DNA of 64,000 nucleotides from Planctomycetota bacterium (GTDB lineage Bacteria; Planctomycetota; GCA-002687715; CAIWVZ01), in contig JBGANV010000003.1 in NCBI GenBank assembly GCA_044222185.1, positions 736,001 to 800,000 of the forward strand, given 5' to 3'. Of this stretch, positions 37,566 to 49,325 are shown one piece after another. The position numbers and the translations under genes are program-made. How positions within the stretch are numbered: the first letter of the stretch is position 1; every line of letters starts with the position of its first letter. The notes below the pieces were generated by a model, which ran no database searches, was not told the DNA's origin, and saw nothing but the letters and a program-made list of their open reading frames with translations.

Positions 37566-39085
37566 GCAACGTCCGACCCGACATCGATCTCGGCGCGCTC
37601 TCACGGACGCCGACGGCCGTCGCACCGCCGCCCCGCCGCTGGCTGCGGATCGTCGTTCCGATCCTCATCCTCGGGACGTTCGCGGCGATCCTCTTCACGA
37701 GCCTCGGCGACGTGTTCCGAAGCGCCGTGGAGGTGACCGTCATCCGGCCACGCCCCGCGGCCTCGTCCGGCGGCGCGTCCGCCTCGAGCGTCGCGTTCCA
37801 GGCGGCGGGATGGGTCGAGCCCAACCCGTACCCGACGCTCGTGACGGCGCTGACGTCGGGCGTCATCAGCGAGGTCCTCGTCCTCGAGTCGGACGCGGTC
37901 AAGGCCGGCGACCCCGTGGCGAAACTCGTCGATGCCGACGCGCGCCTCGCGCTCGAGGGGGCCGAGGCCGCACTCGCGCGTGCTTCCGCGGAACGAGCGA
38001 AGGCGGCAGTCGAGCTGACCAACGCCGACGAATCGTTCCGCGCCGCACTCGACGTGACGGAAGCCGACGCGACGGCGAAGGCGGACCTGGACGGCAAGAA
38101 GTCCGAGAGCGTCTTTCGCGCGGCCGCAGTCGTCCAAGGCGAGGCCCAGTTCCGGATCGCGCAAGAAGAGCTCGCCGTCCAACAGGAGCTGGTGCGCGCC
38201 TCCGCAGCGGGACCACGCGCCGTGGAGATCGCCGTCGCCAAGGTCGACGAAGCCCGGGGCAACCTGGAGGCGCTGCGGGGCAGCGCCGCCGCGGCGAGTG
38301 CAGAAGTGAAGAAGGCCGAAGCCCGCCTCGCGCGAACGAGTGCGGACCGACAACTCCGTCTTTCCGACCGGCTGCGCCTGGAGTCGGCGAAGACAGGTGC
38401 GGCACTGGCGGAGGCGGCAGTGCGCGAGGCCACGGTCGCGCGTGACGTCGCCGCGCTGCGGCTCGAACGAACGGTCGTCCGAGCGCCGGCGGCGGGGATC
38501 GTCCTCGAGCGGCTCGTCGCACCGGGCACCCCCGTCGGAGCTACCGACGGCGGCGGTGCGCCCGTGTGCTCGCTCTTCGATCCACGCTCGGTGCGAGTCC
38601 GCGTCGACGTGCCCCTGTCCGAGATCGGCAAGGTGCGGCCGGGACAGAGGGCAGAGATCGCAAGCGAGGCGCGCGCGGGCCGACCCTATTCGGGCGATGT
38701 GATCCGCATCGTCCAGAAGGCGGACATCCAGAAAGTGACGCTGCAGGTCCAGGTGAGGATCGACGACAGCGACGCCCTCCTGCGGCCCGAGATGCTCTGC
38801 CAGGTGCGATTCCTGGCCGACGCCGCATCGAGCCAGGCGTCGCGAGGCGCGGACGCACCGGTCGACCGCGTGCTCGTTCCCGAGAAGCTCGTGCTCGGAG
38901 GGAACGCCGTCTGGGTCGTCGACCCGATCGGACACTCGGCGCGACGTCGAACCATCGAAGTGGGAGGCCGCAACGGCGAGTGGGTCGAAGTCAGATCCGG
39001 CCTGAATCTTACGGACAAGCTGATCGACGAGGGTCGCAACCAGGTCAGCGAAGGCGCGCGCATCCGCGTGCGCGGAGGCGAGTGA
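37562..39085 (+). CDS. Efflux periplasmic adaptor (membrane fusion protein)
   Basis: TM near the N-terminus; AAGWVEP...SGVISEVLVLE.D.VKAGDPVAKL; long coiled coil; VRAPAAGIV; LRPEM. The ATG overlaps the TolC stop. Confidence 0.92.
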   Translation: MSNVRPDIDLGALSRTPTAVAPPPRRWLRIVVPILILGTFAAILFTSLGDVFRSAVEVTVIRPRPAASSGGASASSVAFQAAGWVEPNPYPTLVTALTSGVISEVLVLESDAVKAGDPVAKLVDADARLALEGAEAALARASAERAKAAVELTNADESFRAALDVTEADATAKADLDGKKSESVFRAAAVVQGEAQFRIAQEELAVQQELVRASAAGPRAVEIAVAKVDEARGNLEALRGSAAAASAEVKKAEARLARTSADRQLRLSDRLRLESAKTGAALAEAAVREATVARDVAALRLERTVVRAPAAGIVLERLVAPGTPVGATDGGGAPVCSLFDPRSVRVRVDVPLSEIGKVRPGQRAEIASEARAGRPYSGDVIRIVQKADIQKVTLQVQVRIDDSDALLRPEMLCQVRFLADAASSQASRGADAPVDRVLVPEKLVLGGNAVWVVDPIGHSARRRTIEVGGRNGEWVEVRSGLNLTDKLIDEGRNQVSEGARIRVRGGE

Positions 39086-39086
39086 C

Positions 39087-39778
<692 letters not shown>

Positions 39779-39782
<4 letters not shown>

Positions 39783-40918
39783 AGCTGTTCAAGCTGATCC
39801 GGCGGAACCTGGGCCGACGGCCACTGCGGACGTTGCTCACCGTGCTCGGCGTCGCGAGCGCCATGCTCCTCCTCGTGCTCGTCGAGAGCCTGAGCCGAGG
39901 GCTGGATCACGCACTCTCCGGCACGGAGGCCGCGCGAACGCTCATCGTCTACCGCCAGAACCGGTACTGCCCGCAGACGTCGTTCCTTCCGGAGCGCTAC
40001 GCGGCGCAGATCCGCAGGGTGCCGGGCGTGGTGAGCGTGCTGCCCGTGAAGGTCTTCCTGAACAACTGCCGCGCAAGCCTCGACCTCGTGGCGTTCCAGG
40101 GCGCGCCGGTCGACGATCTCTTCACGGCGCGGAAGATCGACGTCATCCGCGGCGACGTTGCGAAGTTCCGAGACGAGCGCGATGCGGCGCTCGTCGGTCG
40201 CGCGTTCGCCGAACGAAAGAACCTGGACGTCGGCGACAAGTTCCGGTTCGGCAACATCAACGTGAAGGTGGCGGGCGTGTTCGGCTCGGCCGAGCCGATC
40301 GAAGAAGGCGTGATCCTGACCCACCTCGAGTTCCTCCAGCGCGCCGGGCCCGTGAACAAACTGGGGACCGTGACGGAGTTCGAGGTCAAAGTGAGCGACG
40401 CGTCGCAGGCGCGGGAGATCAGCCGCGCCATCGACGCCCTGTTCCGCTCGGAGGAAGCCCCGACGGATACGCGCGCGAAGGTACTCTTCCTCGAGAACGC
40501 GACGCGCGACATGCGGGAGATCCTCCGATTCGCGCGACTTCTCGGCATCGCATGCGTGCTGGTCGTGCTCGCCCTCGTCGGCAACACGGTCGTGATGTCG
40601 GTGCAAGAGCGGGTGAAGGAGTTCGGCGTGATGCGGACGTTGGGATTCGGCGAACGAAGCATCGCGTTCGTCGTTCTCGGCGAAGCGGTCCTTCTTGCGA
40701 CCTTCGGCGGCTGCGTCGGACTGGGCGCGGCTCTCGCTGTCATCCACTTCTCGCACCTCTCGATCGGCGCCGAGGGCGTGGCCGTGGCGTTCTCCACGTC
40801 GCCCGAGCTCATCATGACGGGAGTGGGCATCGCCCTCTCGACCGGCGCGCTTGCCGGCCTCATCCCGGCGATCCGCTCGTCCCGTCTCGAAATCGTCGCG
40901 TCGCTCCGGAGTGCATGA
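39779..40918 (+). CDS. ABC transporter permease (FtsX/MacB type) 1
   Basis: RNLGRRPLRTLLT; large periplasmic loop; SVQERVKEFGVMRTLGF; LIPAIRSSR. Confidence 0.93.
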
Positions 40919-42102
40919 CCATGGGCCGCAGACTTCCGTTCGACTACGCGGTCCGCAATCTCGGTCGCCGGCCGCTACGCACCGTTCTTACGGGGACGTC
41001 GAGTGCCCTCGTCGCCGCGCTGCTCGTTGCGACCACCGCGTTCGTTCGAGGGCTCGAGGACACGTTCGCCGGCGCCGCACAGGCGGACACGGCCATCGTT
41101 CTGTCGAAGGTCTCCGAACGCGACGTCGTGAGGTCGACGGTCACGGCGGGCTTGCCCGAACTCGTAGCGGCCTCCGTCACGGGCGTGAAGGTCGTCGACG
41201 GAACGGCACTCGTCTCCGGCGAGATCCACATGGCGACGAACCTGCACCTCGGTCCGGCGGCGCCGCCGTCCGAGCGCGATGCCACCTACCAGGCATTCGT
41301 GCGCGGGATCACGTCGCGCGCGTTCTTGGTTCACGATGCCGTGAACATCACCGAGGGCCGCGCTCCGCGCAGCGGCGAGGTGCTGGTGGGCCGGCTCGTG
41401 GCGCAACAGCTCGGCGTGCCGGATGCGGCGCTCGCCGTCGGGCAGAAGCTGCGGTTCGAGGGCGCGACGTTCACCATCGCCGGACGCTTCGTCGCGCCCG
41501 GAACGACCATCGAGGCGGAGATCTGGACGGACCTGTCCGAGCTCCGCGGCCTGACGCGTCGCGACGACAGCTCGGCCGTGTTCGTCCGCATGGAGAAGCC
41601 CGGGGATTTCGCCGAGCTCGACCTCTTCTGCCAGCGGCGACTCGATCTCGAGATCGCCATGATGCCGACGGCGCTCTACTACCGAGAGCTCTCCGACTAC
41701 TTCGTGCCCATCCGGCGTCTCGCGTGGGCCATGGCCGCGATGATCGTCGGCGCGGCATTGTTCGGCGGGGCGAACACTCTCAACGCCGCCGTGCAGGATC
41801 GCGTGAAGGAACTGGCCACGCTTCGGGCCGTCGGCTACTCGGGACTCGCTCTCGTGCGCTCGCTCGGCCAGGAATCGATCGTCCTGGCGGCCGGTGGCGG
41901 CGTCCTCGGGCTCTTGCTCGCCCGGCTGTTCCTCGCCGGCAGCGCCGTCCGGATCGCCATGAGCGCCTTCGCGTTGAAGGTCGATGCCGTGGCGATCCTC
42001 GTTGGATTCGGCGGCGTGCTCGTCCTCGGACTTCTCGGCTCCGTACCCGCGGCGGCCCGCGTCATGCGGCTGCCGATTGCCTCGGCCCTCAAGGAAACGT
42101 AA
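40915..42102 (+). CDS. ABC transporter permease (FtsX/MacB type) 2
   Basis: RNLGRRPLRTVLT; AVQDRVKELATLRAVGY; PAAARVMRLPI. Start at 40915 or 40921. Confidence 0.93.
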   Translation: MTMGRRLPFDYAVRNLGRRPLRTVLTGTSSALVAALLVATTAFVRGLEDTFAGAAQADTAIVLSKVSERDVVRSTVTAGLPELVAASVTGVKVVDGTALVSGEIHMATNLHLGPAAPPSERDATYQAFVRGITSRAFLVHDAVNITEGRAPRSGEVLVGRLVAQQLGVPDAALAVGQKLRFEGATFTIAGRFVAPGTTIEAEIWTDLSELRGLTRRDDSSAVFVRMEKPGDFAELDLFCQRRLDLEIAMMPTALYYRELSDYFVPIRRLAWAMAAMIVGAALFGGANTLNAAVQDRVKELATLRAVGYSGLALVRSLGQESIVLAAGGGVLGLLLARLFLAGSAVRIAMSAFALKVDAVAILVGFGGVLVLGLLGSVPAAARVMRLPIASALKET

Positions 42103-42127
42103 TTCAGAACCCCAACAGGAGAGTGAC

Positions 42128-42649
42128 ATGCGCTCGTCGTTGACCCTGGTTGCTGCCGTGTGTGCGCTCGCGTTCGTCGCTGGTTGCGGCGAGAAGTCGA
42201 AGGCGTCTGGCGCGAGCGAGGCCGCCCCGCCGAAATCCGACGTGCCCGAGAAGTTCTGGGCGGCGCAGGCCCCGGCGTCGCCCAAGAGCGTCGCCGTCGT
42301 GAAGAAGGAGTCGAAGAACGGCGACGAGGTCTCCGTCGTCGGTCGCGTCGGCGGCGCCGAGAAGGTGTTCGTCGACGGCATCGCGGCATTCACGATCGTG
42401 GACGAGGCCGCCGTCGCGTGCACCAAGGATCACTGCGAAACGCCGTGGGACTACTGCTGCGTCGATGCCAAGGAACTCACGGCGCAAACCATCACGGTCG
42501 AGTTCGTGGATGGTGACAAGCCGGTGAAGACCGGGGCCCGCGGCTTCCACGGGCTCGATTACCTCTCGACGATCGTCGTCACCGGCAAGGTCTCACGTGA
42601 CGATGCCGGCAACGTGACGGTGAGGGCCACGGCGCTCCACGTCAACTGA
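42128..42649 (+). CDS. Lipoprotein with a Cys/His cluster (C-x3-HC-x2-PWDYCC), probably OB-fold
   Basis: AGGAGAG RBS; lipobox VAGC; GDEVSVVGRVGG and TIVVTGKV strands; last gene of the exporter operon. Confidence 0.8.
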   Translation: MRSSLTLVAAVCALAFVAGCGEKSKASGASEAAPPKSDVPEKFWAAQAPASPKSVAVVKKESKNGDEVSVVGRVGGAEKVFVDGIAAFTIVDEAAVACTKDHCETPWDYCCVDAKELTAQTITVEFVDGDKPVKTGARGFHGLDYLSTIVVTGKVSRDDAGNVTVRATALHVN

Positions 42650-42667
42650 ACGGACGATCGCGAGGCG

Positions 42668-43757
42668 TCACAACGTGAGGCTCTCCAGGTTCGTCGACGC
42701 GAGAACCTGGAGCGTCGCCGGGTCGTAGAACGCGGTCACACCGAAGACTCCCTGGCCGATCAACGCGGGCGGGATCGCGCCCGCAGGGAACGTGAACTGC
42801 GAAGCACCCCCGCCGTCGAGCGACCCGACGAATGGCGGTGCTTGTGACGCGAATTGCGACAGCAGCTCGGTGTAGGTCACGTGGAGCCCGAGCCAGAATG
42901 CGTTCGTGCTCGCGGCGGGGCCGGAATTCGCGGGGTCGAGGCTTATCGCCGTGAAGTACGCCTCGCCGGCTGCCCCGCCGACGTTCCGAAGCACGATCAC
43001 CGAACCGCCGGACGGACGTTCGAACCAAAGCGCCGGCCGCCTGACGGTCAGTGCGAACGGAGCGCTCGTCGTGGTGCCGCAACCGTTCGCGACCGTCACG
43101 GTGTAATTTCCCTCGTCGGCGAACGAGAACGACGGGATGGCAAGCGTCGGCGAGGTCCCGCTCCCCACGATCGCACCGCCGCGTCGCCAGACGTACGACA
43201 TGGGTGGCGCGCCCCGCCCAGCGAGGGAAACGACCCACCGGCGTAAAGGTGCGTCCCTGCCGCCGTCGTGTGCGTTGCGAGACACGTCACGACGGCGTTC
43301 GAGTATCCCGACCACGGGAGGGAACCGACGGGAGAGAAGGCCGTGCCGTTCGAGCGCGCGATGCCGTTGCATGCGACTCCGCCAGCCAACGTGAATTCAC
43401 CACCGACGTAGAGGGCGCCGGGCCGTAGACCGGGTCCGCGTACGACCGCAGGGCGAAAACCGGCGCGCTGAACGGGCCAGAACTCACGCCGCCCCCGGTT
43501 CCCTCCCAGGCCGTTCCATCGAACATCGCGATGTTGTTGAAGACCTGCCCACTGGCGGTCGGGGAATTCCCGGCGGCCCAGAGTCGGGGTCCCTGCCCCG
43601 CGTCATGGGCTGCGATCGTGTAGACGTCGGCAAATCCGCCGGCCTGCACCGGAAACCCGAACCCGCCGACGAACGATGGATCGCAGCCTGACTGGGCCAT
43701 CAGGCGCGGACACACGATCAGACATGCCCGTGCGATCACCTTCATGGGTTGAGCCAT
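42668..43757 (-). pseudogene. Frameshifted and internally deleted secreted beta-propeller/Ig protein with conserved C-terminal domain
   Basis: Three consecutive frames give one protein type: signal plus propeller blades (to about 43413), LYVGGEFTLAGGVACNGIAR (to about 43215), then a partial Ig domain (MSYVWRR...DEGNYTVTVANGCG) plus the C-terminal domain. Confidence 0.75.
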
Positions 43758-44062
43758 GGAATCCGACTCCTCGTGGCCGTCGGGCAATGCACCGGCTGTT
43801 CCCGCGCGCGGAGATGCCCCACGTTCTTGCGAGGAAAACCCGCGGCAACGCGTCGTGGGCGGCGCCGGACACCTCGGGAGTTCCGGTCACCTCACGGTGA
43901 CGGGCGAGACCGCGTCGCCCGCTCAGGTTGGGGACCAGATCGCTCGGACTACGCCCCCTTGCGCATGGGCGCGACCGCTTCAAACCGCGCCGCGCTCCAT
44001 ACAATCCCGTGATTCAATTCCCCCGGTGCCGCACCAAGCGCGCCACCCCCGAACTCACCACC

Positions 44063-45826
44063 ATGAATTTGATTGCATCCACGTCCGCTCGCGCGGCTGC
44101 GTTCGCCATCGCCGTTGCGTGCGCCGTCGCCGCACACGCACAGACCTACGACTACACGCTCACCGCCATGCCCACGACGGTCACCGTGCAGCCGGGTTCG
44201 ACCGTCACCACGTGGACCTTCAACGGCAGCATGCCCGGCCCCGTCATCCGAGGCACCGCGGGTCAGCCGCTGCGGATCCGTTACGTGAACCAGACGACCG
44301 ACCCGTCGATCGTCCACTTCCACGGCCTCGAGGTTCCCGTCGGCATGGACGGCGTGATCGGCCTGTCCAGGCCCGCCGTCGCCCCGGGCGAGGAGTTCAT
44401 CTACGAGATCACTCCACCCGATGCGGGCACGTACTGGTATCACCCGCACGTCGAGGACCAGATGGACCTGGGCCTGTACGGCGTCATGATCGTCGATCCG
44501 GCGAACCCCGCCGACGATCCTCCCTTCAACCAGGAGCAGACGATCATCCTCGACGACTCCATCAACCTGGGGCTCGGGGTGAGCAAGCCGGGTCTGGGGA
44601 CGTTCAGCGGGTACTTCATCAATGGCAAGACGAGCACGGGCCAGACTCCGATCGCCGTGCAGAACGGCCAGACGCTCCGGTTGCGAATCCTGAACGCGTC
44701 CTCGCGGTCGAGTTACGTCGTCGCCCTCGACGGGCATCCGCTCCTCGTGACGCACGCAGATGGTCACCGGATCACGCCGATCTCGTTCGACGCGCTTCCC
44801 ATCGGACCCGGGGAGCGGTGGGACGCCTACGTCACCCTCAACAACCCTGGAACGTGGAGCCTCGCCGTCGCGCCGCTGGCCAATCGCAACACCGTGCTCG
44901 TGAGGACGGCCATCCAATACGCCGGGCAGTCCGGTGCGATGCCGTCAGCAAGCTACGTTCCGCCGAACCTCTCGACGGGCACGATCCTCACCTACGCTGC
45001 GCTCTCGTCCCTGAACCCGGTCACACCGATCAGCGCAACTCCCCAGCACACGTTCCCGGCCGCACTCGGCATGATGATGGTCGGCTCGACGATGATGTTC
45101 ACGATCAACGGGCAGGTGTTTCCCAACGTCACCCCGATGGTGGTTTCAGCGGGCGACATCTCCCAGATCGACTTCGTGAACACGATGTCGTCGATGGGCG
45201 CGTCGGTGGCCCACCCGATGCACATGCACGGTCACACGTTCCGCATGATGGGAACGGCGGGTGGCACGACGAATCCACCCCTCAAGGACACGGTGCTCGT
45301 GCGATCCATCAACCAGTCGCCGAACGCCGTTTCCGTCCAGTTCACGGCGAACAACCCGGGTCGGTGGCTCATGCACTGCCACGACTCGCTCCACATGATG
45401 ATGGGGATGGTCACCCTGCTCGACTACACGGGCGACGCGGATGGCGACACCATCCCCAACCCCGTCGACATGGACCCGCTCAGCGCCTACCCGACACTCA
45501 CGGTTCCGGACGTGGCCTCGGCGTTCCAGATCGGTGGCAGCGGCGCCATCTCGGTCACGTGGGTGCCGTGGAGCAACGTCGACTTCTTCATCGGCGATGA
45601 GCTGGCGACGCCGGTGAGCTTCGGCAACTACGGCCTGCTGCGCATCTGGCCGCTCGCCTACGTCACGTCCGCGTCGACGGGCGGGAGCGGGGTGGCGAAC
45701 GTGCCGTACGTGCTGCCGAACGATCCGCTCCTCGTGGGCGCGCGCGTGGGACTCCAGGCCGCGGCGACGACGTCGCTCGCGCCGGGGTATCGCGCCTCCA
45801 CCTGGCAGCCGTTCACGATCCGGTAG
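44063..45826 (+). CDS. Multicopper oxidase (three-domain laccase/CueO-like) with a C-terminal extension
   Basis: All four Cu motifs present: HFHG, YWYHPH, HPMHMHGH and HCHDSLHMMMGM. Sec-type signal peptide; TACAAT -10 box at 44000. Confidence 0.93.
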   Translation: MNLIASTSARAAAFAIAVACAVAAHAQTYDYTLTAMPTTVTVQPGSTVTTWTFNGSMPGPVIRGTAGQPLRIRYVNQTTDPSIVHFHGLEVPVGMDGVIGLSRPAVAPGEEFIYEITPPDAGTYWYHPHVEDQMDLGLYGVMIVDPANPADDPPFNQEQTIILDDSINLGLGVSKPGLGTFSGYFINGKTSTGQTPIAVQNGQTLRLRILNASSRSSYVVALDGHPLLVTHADGHRITPISFDALPIGPGERWDAYVTLNNPGTWSLAVAPLANRNTVLVRTAIQYAGQSGAMPSASYVPPNLSTGTILTYAALSSLNPVTPISATPQHTFPAALGMMMVGSTMMFTINGQVFPNVTPMVVSAGDISQIDFVNTMSSMGASVAHPMHMHGHTFRMMGTAGGTTNPPLKDTVLVRSINQSPNAVSVQFTANNPGRWLMHCHDSLHMMMGMVTLLDYTGDADGDTIPNPVDMDPLSAYPTLTVPDVASAFQIGGSGAISVTWVPWSNVDFFIGDELATPVSFGNYGLLRIWPLAYVTSASTGGSGVANVPYVLPNDPLLVGARVGLQAAATTSLAPGYRASTWQPFTIR

Positions 45827-45834
45827 CTGCCGCG

Positions 45835-45866
45835 CCCGGTCCCGCGTCGGCACGACGGGGACCGGG
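45835..45866. terminator. Strong hairpin between convergent genes
   Basis: CCCGGTCCC-G-CGTCG-GCA-CGACG-GGGACCGGG: a 14-bp stem with one bulge, between the MCO and fbaB stops. Confidence 0.55.
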
Positions 45867-45881
45867 TCCGCCGCACCGCAC

Positions 45882-46934
45882 TCAGGCGACGGTGACCTCC
45901 TTGCAGAGGTAGACGTCCTGGATCGCGTTCAGGAGCTGCACGCCGGTCTTCAGCGGCTTCTGGAACGCCTTGCGGCCCGAGATGAGGCCCATGCCGCCGG
46001 CGCGCTTGTTCACGACGGCCGTCTTCACCGCGTCGAACATGTCGTTGTCACCGGATGCACCACCGGAGTTGATCAGGCCCGCGCGGCCCATGTAGCAGTT
46101 CGCCACCTGGTAACGGGTCAGGTCGATTGGGTGCGGCGAGGTCAGGTCCGAGTAGACCTTCTTGTGCGTCTTGCCGAAGTTCAGCGCGTTGTATCCGCCG
46201 TTGTTCTCCGGCGCCTTCTGCTTGATGATGTCCGCCTCGATCGTCACGCCGAGGTGATTCGCCTGTCCCGTGAGGTCGGCAGAGACGTGGTAGTCCACCC
46301 CGTCCTTCTTGAAGGCGCCGTTGCGCAGGTAGCACCACAACACGGTCGCGAGGCCGAGCTCGTGCGCATGGTGGAATGCAGCCGACACCTCCTGGATCTG
46401 CCGCGCGCTCTCGTCAGAGCCGAAGTAGATCGTGGCGCCGACGGCAACCGCGCCCATGTCGAACGCCTGCTGGACGTTCGCGAACATGAGCTGGTCGAAC
46501 TTGTTGGGATAGCTCAAGAACTCGTTGTGGTTGAGCTTCACGAGGAACGGGATCCTGTGCGCGTACTTCCGCGCGACCGACCCGAGCACGCCGAGCGTCG
46601 ACGCAACCGCGTTGCACCCTCCCTCGATCGCGAGCTTGACGATGTTCTCGGGATCGAAGTACTCCGGCGCTGGCGCGAACGACGCGCCGGCCGAGTGCTC
46701 GATTCCCTGGTCGACCGGGAGGATCGAGAGGTACCCCGTGCCGCGCAGGCGTCCCGAATCCATGATCCACTGGAGATTCCGCAGCACGTTCGGGCTGCGA
46801 TTCGAGCCCACGAAGATCCTGTCGACGAAGTCCGGGCCCGGGAGATGAAGCGCCGACTTCGCAATCGTGGTGCACTTGTGTTCGAGGAGGCCTTTCGCCT
46901 CCGGGCCGAGGACGTCGAGGATCTGCTGAAGCAT
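45882..46934 (-). CDS. fbaB: Class I fructose-bisphosphate aldolase (DhnA/FbaB type)
   Basis: [45 protein letters not shown]. Confidence 0.95.
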   Translation of the reverse strand: MLQQILDVLGPEAKGLLEHKCTTIAKSALHLPGPDFVDRIFVGSNRSPNVLRNLQWIMDSGRLRGTGYLSILPVDQGIEHSAGASFAPAPEYFDPENIVKLAIEGGCNAVASTLGVLGSVARKYAHRIPFLVKLNHNEFLSYPNKFDQLMFANVQQAFDMGAVAVGATIYFGSDESARQIQEVSAAFHHAHELGLATVLWCYLRNGAFKKDGVDYHVSADLTGQANHLGVTIEADIIKQKAPENNGGYNALNFGKTHKKVYSDLTSPHPIDLTRYQVANCYMGRAGLINSGGASGDNDMFDAVKTAVVNKRAGGMGLISGRKAFQKPLKTGVQLLNAIQDVYLCKEVTVA

Positions 46935-46969
46935 GCTGATGGTTCCGTGACTCGTGGGTTGGCGGAAAA

Positions 46970-48205
46970 TCACTCCGGCTTCGCGCGGTGCGCGTGCCCG
47001 GATTCGAACTTCTGGAGCTGTGCGTCCGCGTAGTCGATGACGTGGCGGACGTACGCGCGTTTCTCCAGGTAGCTCCCCGGGTAGAACGACCGCTTGAAGC
47101 CGTAGATGAGCGAATCGCGCACTTCGGCCGGACTGAGCCCGAACGCGTCGAAGGCGCGGAGGATCTCGCGGCTGACGGACGTCCGCGAGACGAGACGGTT
47201 GTCGGTGCAGAACGTCGTCGAGAGGCGGCGCCGCCGCATCTCGGCGAACGGGTGCTTGCGGAGGTCATCCGCCAGCTCGGGCACCGTTTGCTGGTTGCTC
47301 GTGAGGCAGACCTCGATCGTGATTCGGCGGTCCGCGATGTACTGCGCGAGGCGGCTCACGTAGGCCTCCTTGTCACGAACCGAGTCGCCGACCTTGTCGA
47401 CGTCGAAGAGCCACGTCCCATGACCGATGCGATCGGCGTGGCAGTCCCCGATGGCCTGGAAGATGGACTCCGGGCCGTAGTCCTCGCCTGCATGCACGGT
47501 CTTGCCGAGGAACGACTCGTGCGCCACCTGATAAGCGTCGCGGTGGAGGTTCGCGGGATAGCCCTTCTCCTGCCCGGCCAGATCGAAACCGACGATCGGC
47601 AGGCCGCTCTCCCACCTCAACCGACTGCCCGCGCGGGCCAGCTCCAGGCTCGCGTAACGGAACACGTCCTCCGGCGGAGAGTAGCGGTGCACCTGGCAGA
47701 GGCGTCGATACTCGTCCGAGAACTCGTCGGAGAAGAACCGCAACGCGCAGAAGATGATCCCGGCGTGGAAGGCCGGGCGCTGCATCTGTTTCACCTCGGG
47801 ATGGGCGTTGTGCTCGCGCTCGGCTCGCTGAAGTCCCTTGGCGACGGCCTCCGCGACCTGGACGATCGACATCCGGCTCGAGACATGAAGCTGCGGCGCG
47901 AAACGCACTTCGATGTAGACGACGCCCTCCTGTTGGCAGTCGATCGCGAGTTCATAGGCGACCCGTTCGAGGGCTTCGGGTGTCTGGAGTACGGCGCAGG
48001 TGTATCGGAACCCGAGCAGATACTCACCCAGGTTCGCGTAACGGGACTTGAACACCGTCTCGGTGAGCCCGGCCTCCGTGTAGGACGGCAGCGTCACACC
48101 TTGTTCGCGCGCCAGCTCCACGAGCGTGCCCAGTCTCAGGGATCCGTCGAGGTGAAGATGGAGGTCCGTCTTTGGGAGCGCACGGACGAGCGCTTCGAGA
48201 CTCAT
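46970..48205 (-). CDS. add: Adenosine deaminase family protein
   Basis: [44 protein letters not shown]. Confidence 0.88.
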   Translation of the reverse strand: MSLEALVRALPKTDLHLHLDGSLRLGTLVELAREQGVTLPSYTEAGLTETVFKSRYANLGEYLLGFRYTCAVLQTPEALERVAYELAIDCQQEGVVYIEVRFAPQLHVSSRMSIVQVAEAVAKGLQRAEREHNAHPEVKQMQRPAFHAGIIFCALRFFSDEFSDEYRRLCQVHRYSPPEDVFRYASLELARAGSRLRWESGLPIVGFDLAGQEKGYPANLHRDAYQVAHESFLGKTVHAGEDYGPESIFQAIGDCHADRIGHGTWLFDVDKVGDSVRDKEAYVSRLAQYIADRRITIEVCLTSNQQTVPELADDLRKHPFAEMRRRRLSTTFCTDNRLVSRTSVSREILRAFDAFGLSPAEVRDSLIYGFKRSFYPGSYLEKRAYVRHVIDYADAQLQKFESGHAHRAKPE

Positions 48206-48389
48206 CGACTCCGTTCCTGGCATGCGGACATGGTGAATGAAACTCCAATCCTTGCAACGCCGGCAGCGGTTTTCGGCACGTGACGAGAGCTTTGCCGCGG
48301 CCGCACTTTTTGGCCGGGCGAAGGGGCGTCTGGTACCATCGCACGACTTCTCCCCGGATCGATCGTCCACCCTCCTTCAAGACACAACG

Positions 48390-49319
48390 ATGCGAATCAT
48401 TACCGCGACCTGCCTCGCGTTCCTGACGGCTTTGACGCCCGCACAAGCGGGGCTGCGCGTCAACGAGATATCCACCGGGACCACCGACTGGCTCGAGCTC
48501 GCCAACTTCGGCGGCGTGACGATCCACCTCGGCGGCTACAAGGTCTTCTGCGGCGGCAACCAGAGCGGTGCCTTCCAGTTCGGCCAGTTCATCATCCCCG
48601 CGAACGTGAACATCGCGCCGAACCAGCTGATCGTCATCACGGATGACGCGACCCTCGCCTCGCCGACCGTGCCGTCGGGCGGCCTGAAGCTCTACTCCGG
48701 CTTCGACATCATCTGGTCGAACGTCCCGGGCGGGAACGGCAGTGGCCAATGCACGCTGACGGATGCCAACAGCCTCGGCGTCGATACGGTGCGTTGGGGC
48801 ACGCCACTCCAGGACCTGTCCCTCGGCGCCTCGTTTTCGGGGACCGTCTCCCTCGGGACGATCATGCGTCGGACGTCCAACGGCGACACGAACTCATCCA
48901 CGGATTGGTTTTCGACGAGCGCGTCCGGCGCGTCCGCCGGCGCTTTCAACCTGGGTCAGACGTTCGTGCCGGTGCTTCAACTGACGGGTACGACGACGGG
49001 GCTCGGGGACCTGAGCCTCACCGTGACGACGCTCACGCCGGCAGTCCCGAGTGGCGAGATCTTCAACTTCGTCTCGCTGGTCGACACGGTTCCGGACGGC
49101 TCGGGGCCGCTCTTCGGCGTGGATGCCTCGGCGCTGCAGCAGGCGCTGACTCCGCTCTCGCCAGCCAACCCGTTCCACACGCCGCTCGATGCCAACGGAC
49201 ACTGGAACATCTTCGCGCCCGTCGGCTCGCTCCCGCACCTTCACCTGGAGGTCGTGTCGATCCTGCTGGAAGGCGGGCTCATCACCCGCACGTCCGGGGT
49301 CGTCGCCCTCGACATCTGA
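48390..49319 (+). CDS. Secreted lamin-tail-domain protein with conserved C-terminal domain
   Basis: Signal peptide; LRVNEI...DWLELAN...L.GY...IAPNQLIVI...VDTVRWG, typical of LTD. Confidence 0.85.
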   Translation: MRIITATCLAFLTALTPAQAGLRVNEISTGTTDWLELANFGGVTIHLGGYKVFCGGNQSGAFQFGQFIIPANVNIAPNQLIVITDDATLASPTVPSGGLKLYSGFDIIWSNVPGGNGSGQCTLTDANSLGVDTVRWGTPLQDLSLGASFSGTVSLGTIMRRTSNGDTNSSTDWFSTSASGASAGAFNLGQTFVPVLQLTGTTTGLGDLSLTVTTLTPAVPSGEIFNFVSLVDTVPDGSGPLFGVDASALQQALTPLSPANPFHTPLDANGHWNIFAPVGSLPHLHLEVVSILLEGGLITRTSGVVALDI

Positions 49320-49325
49320 TCCCCG

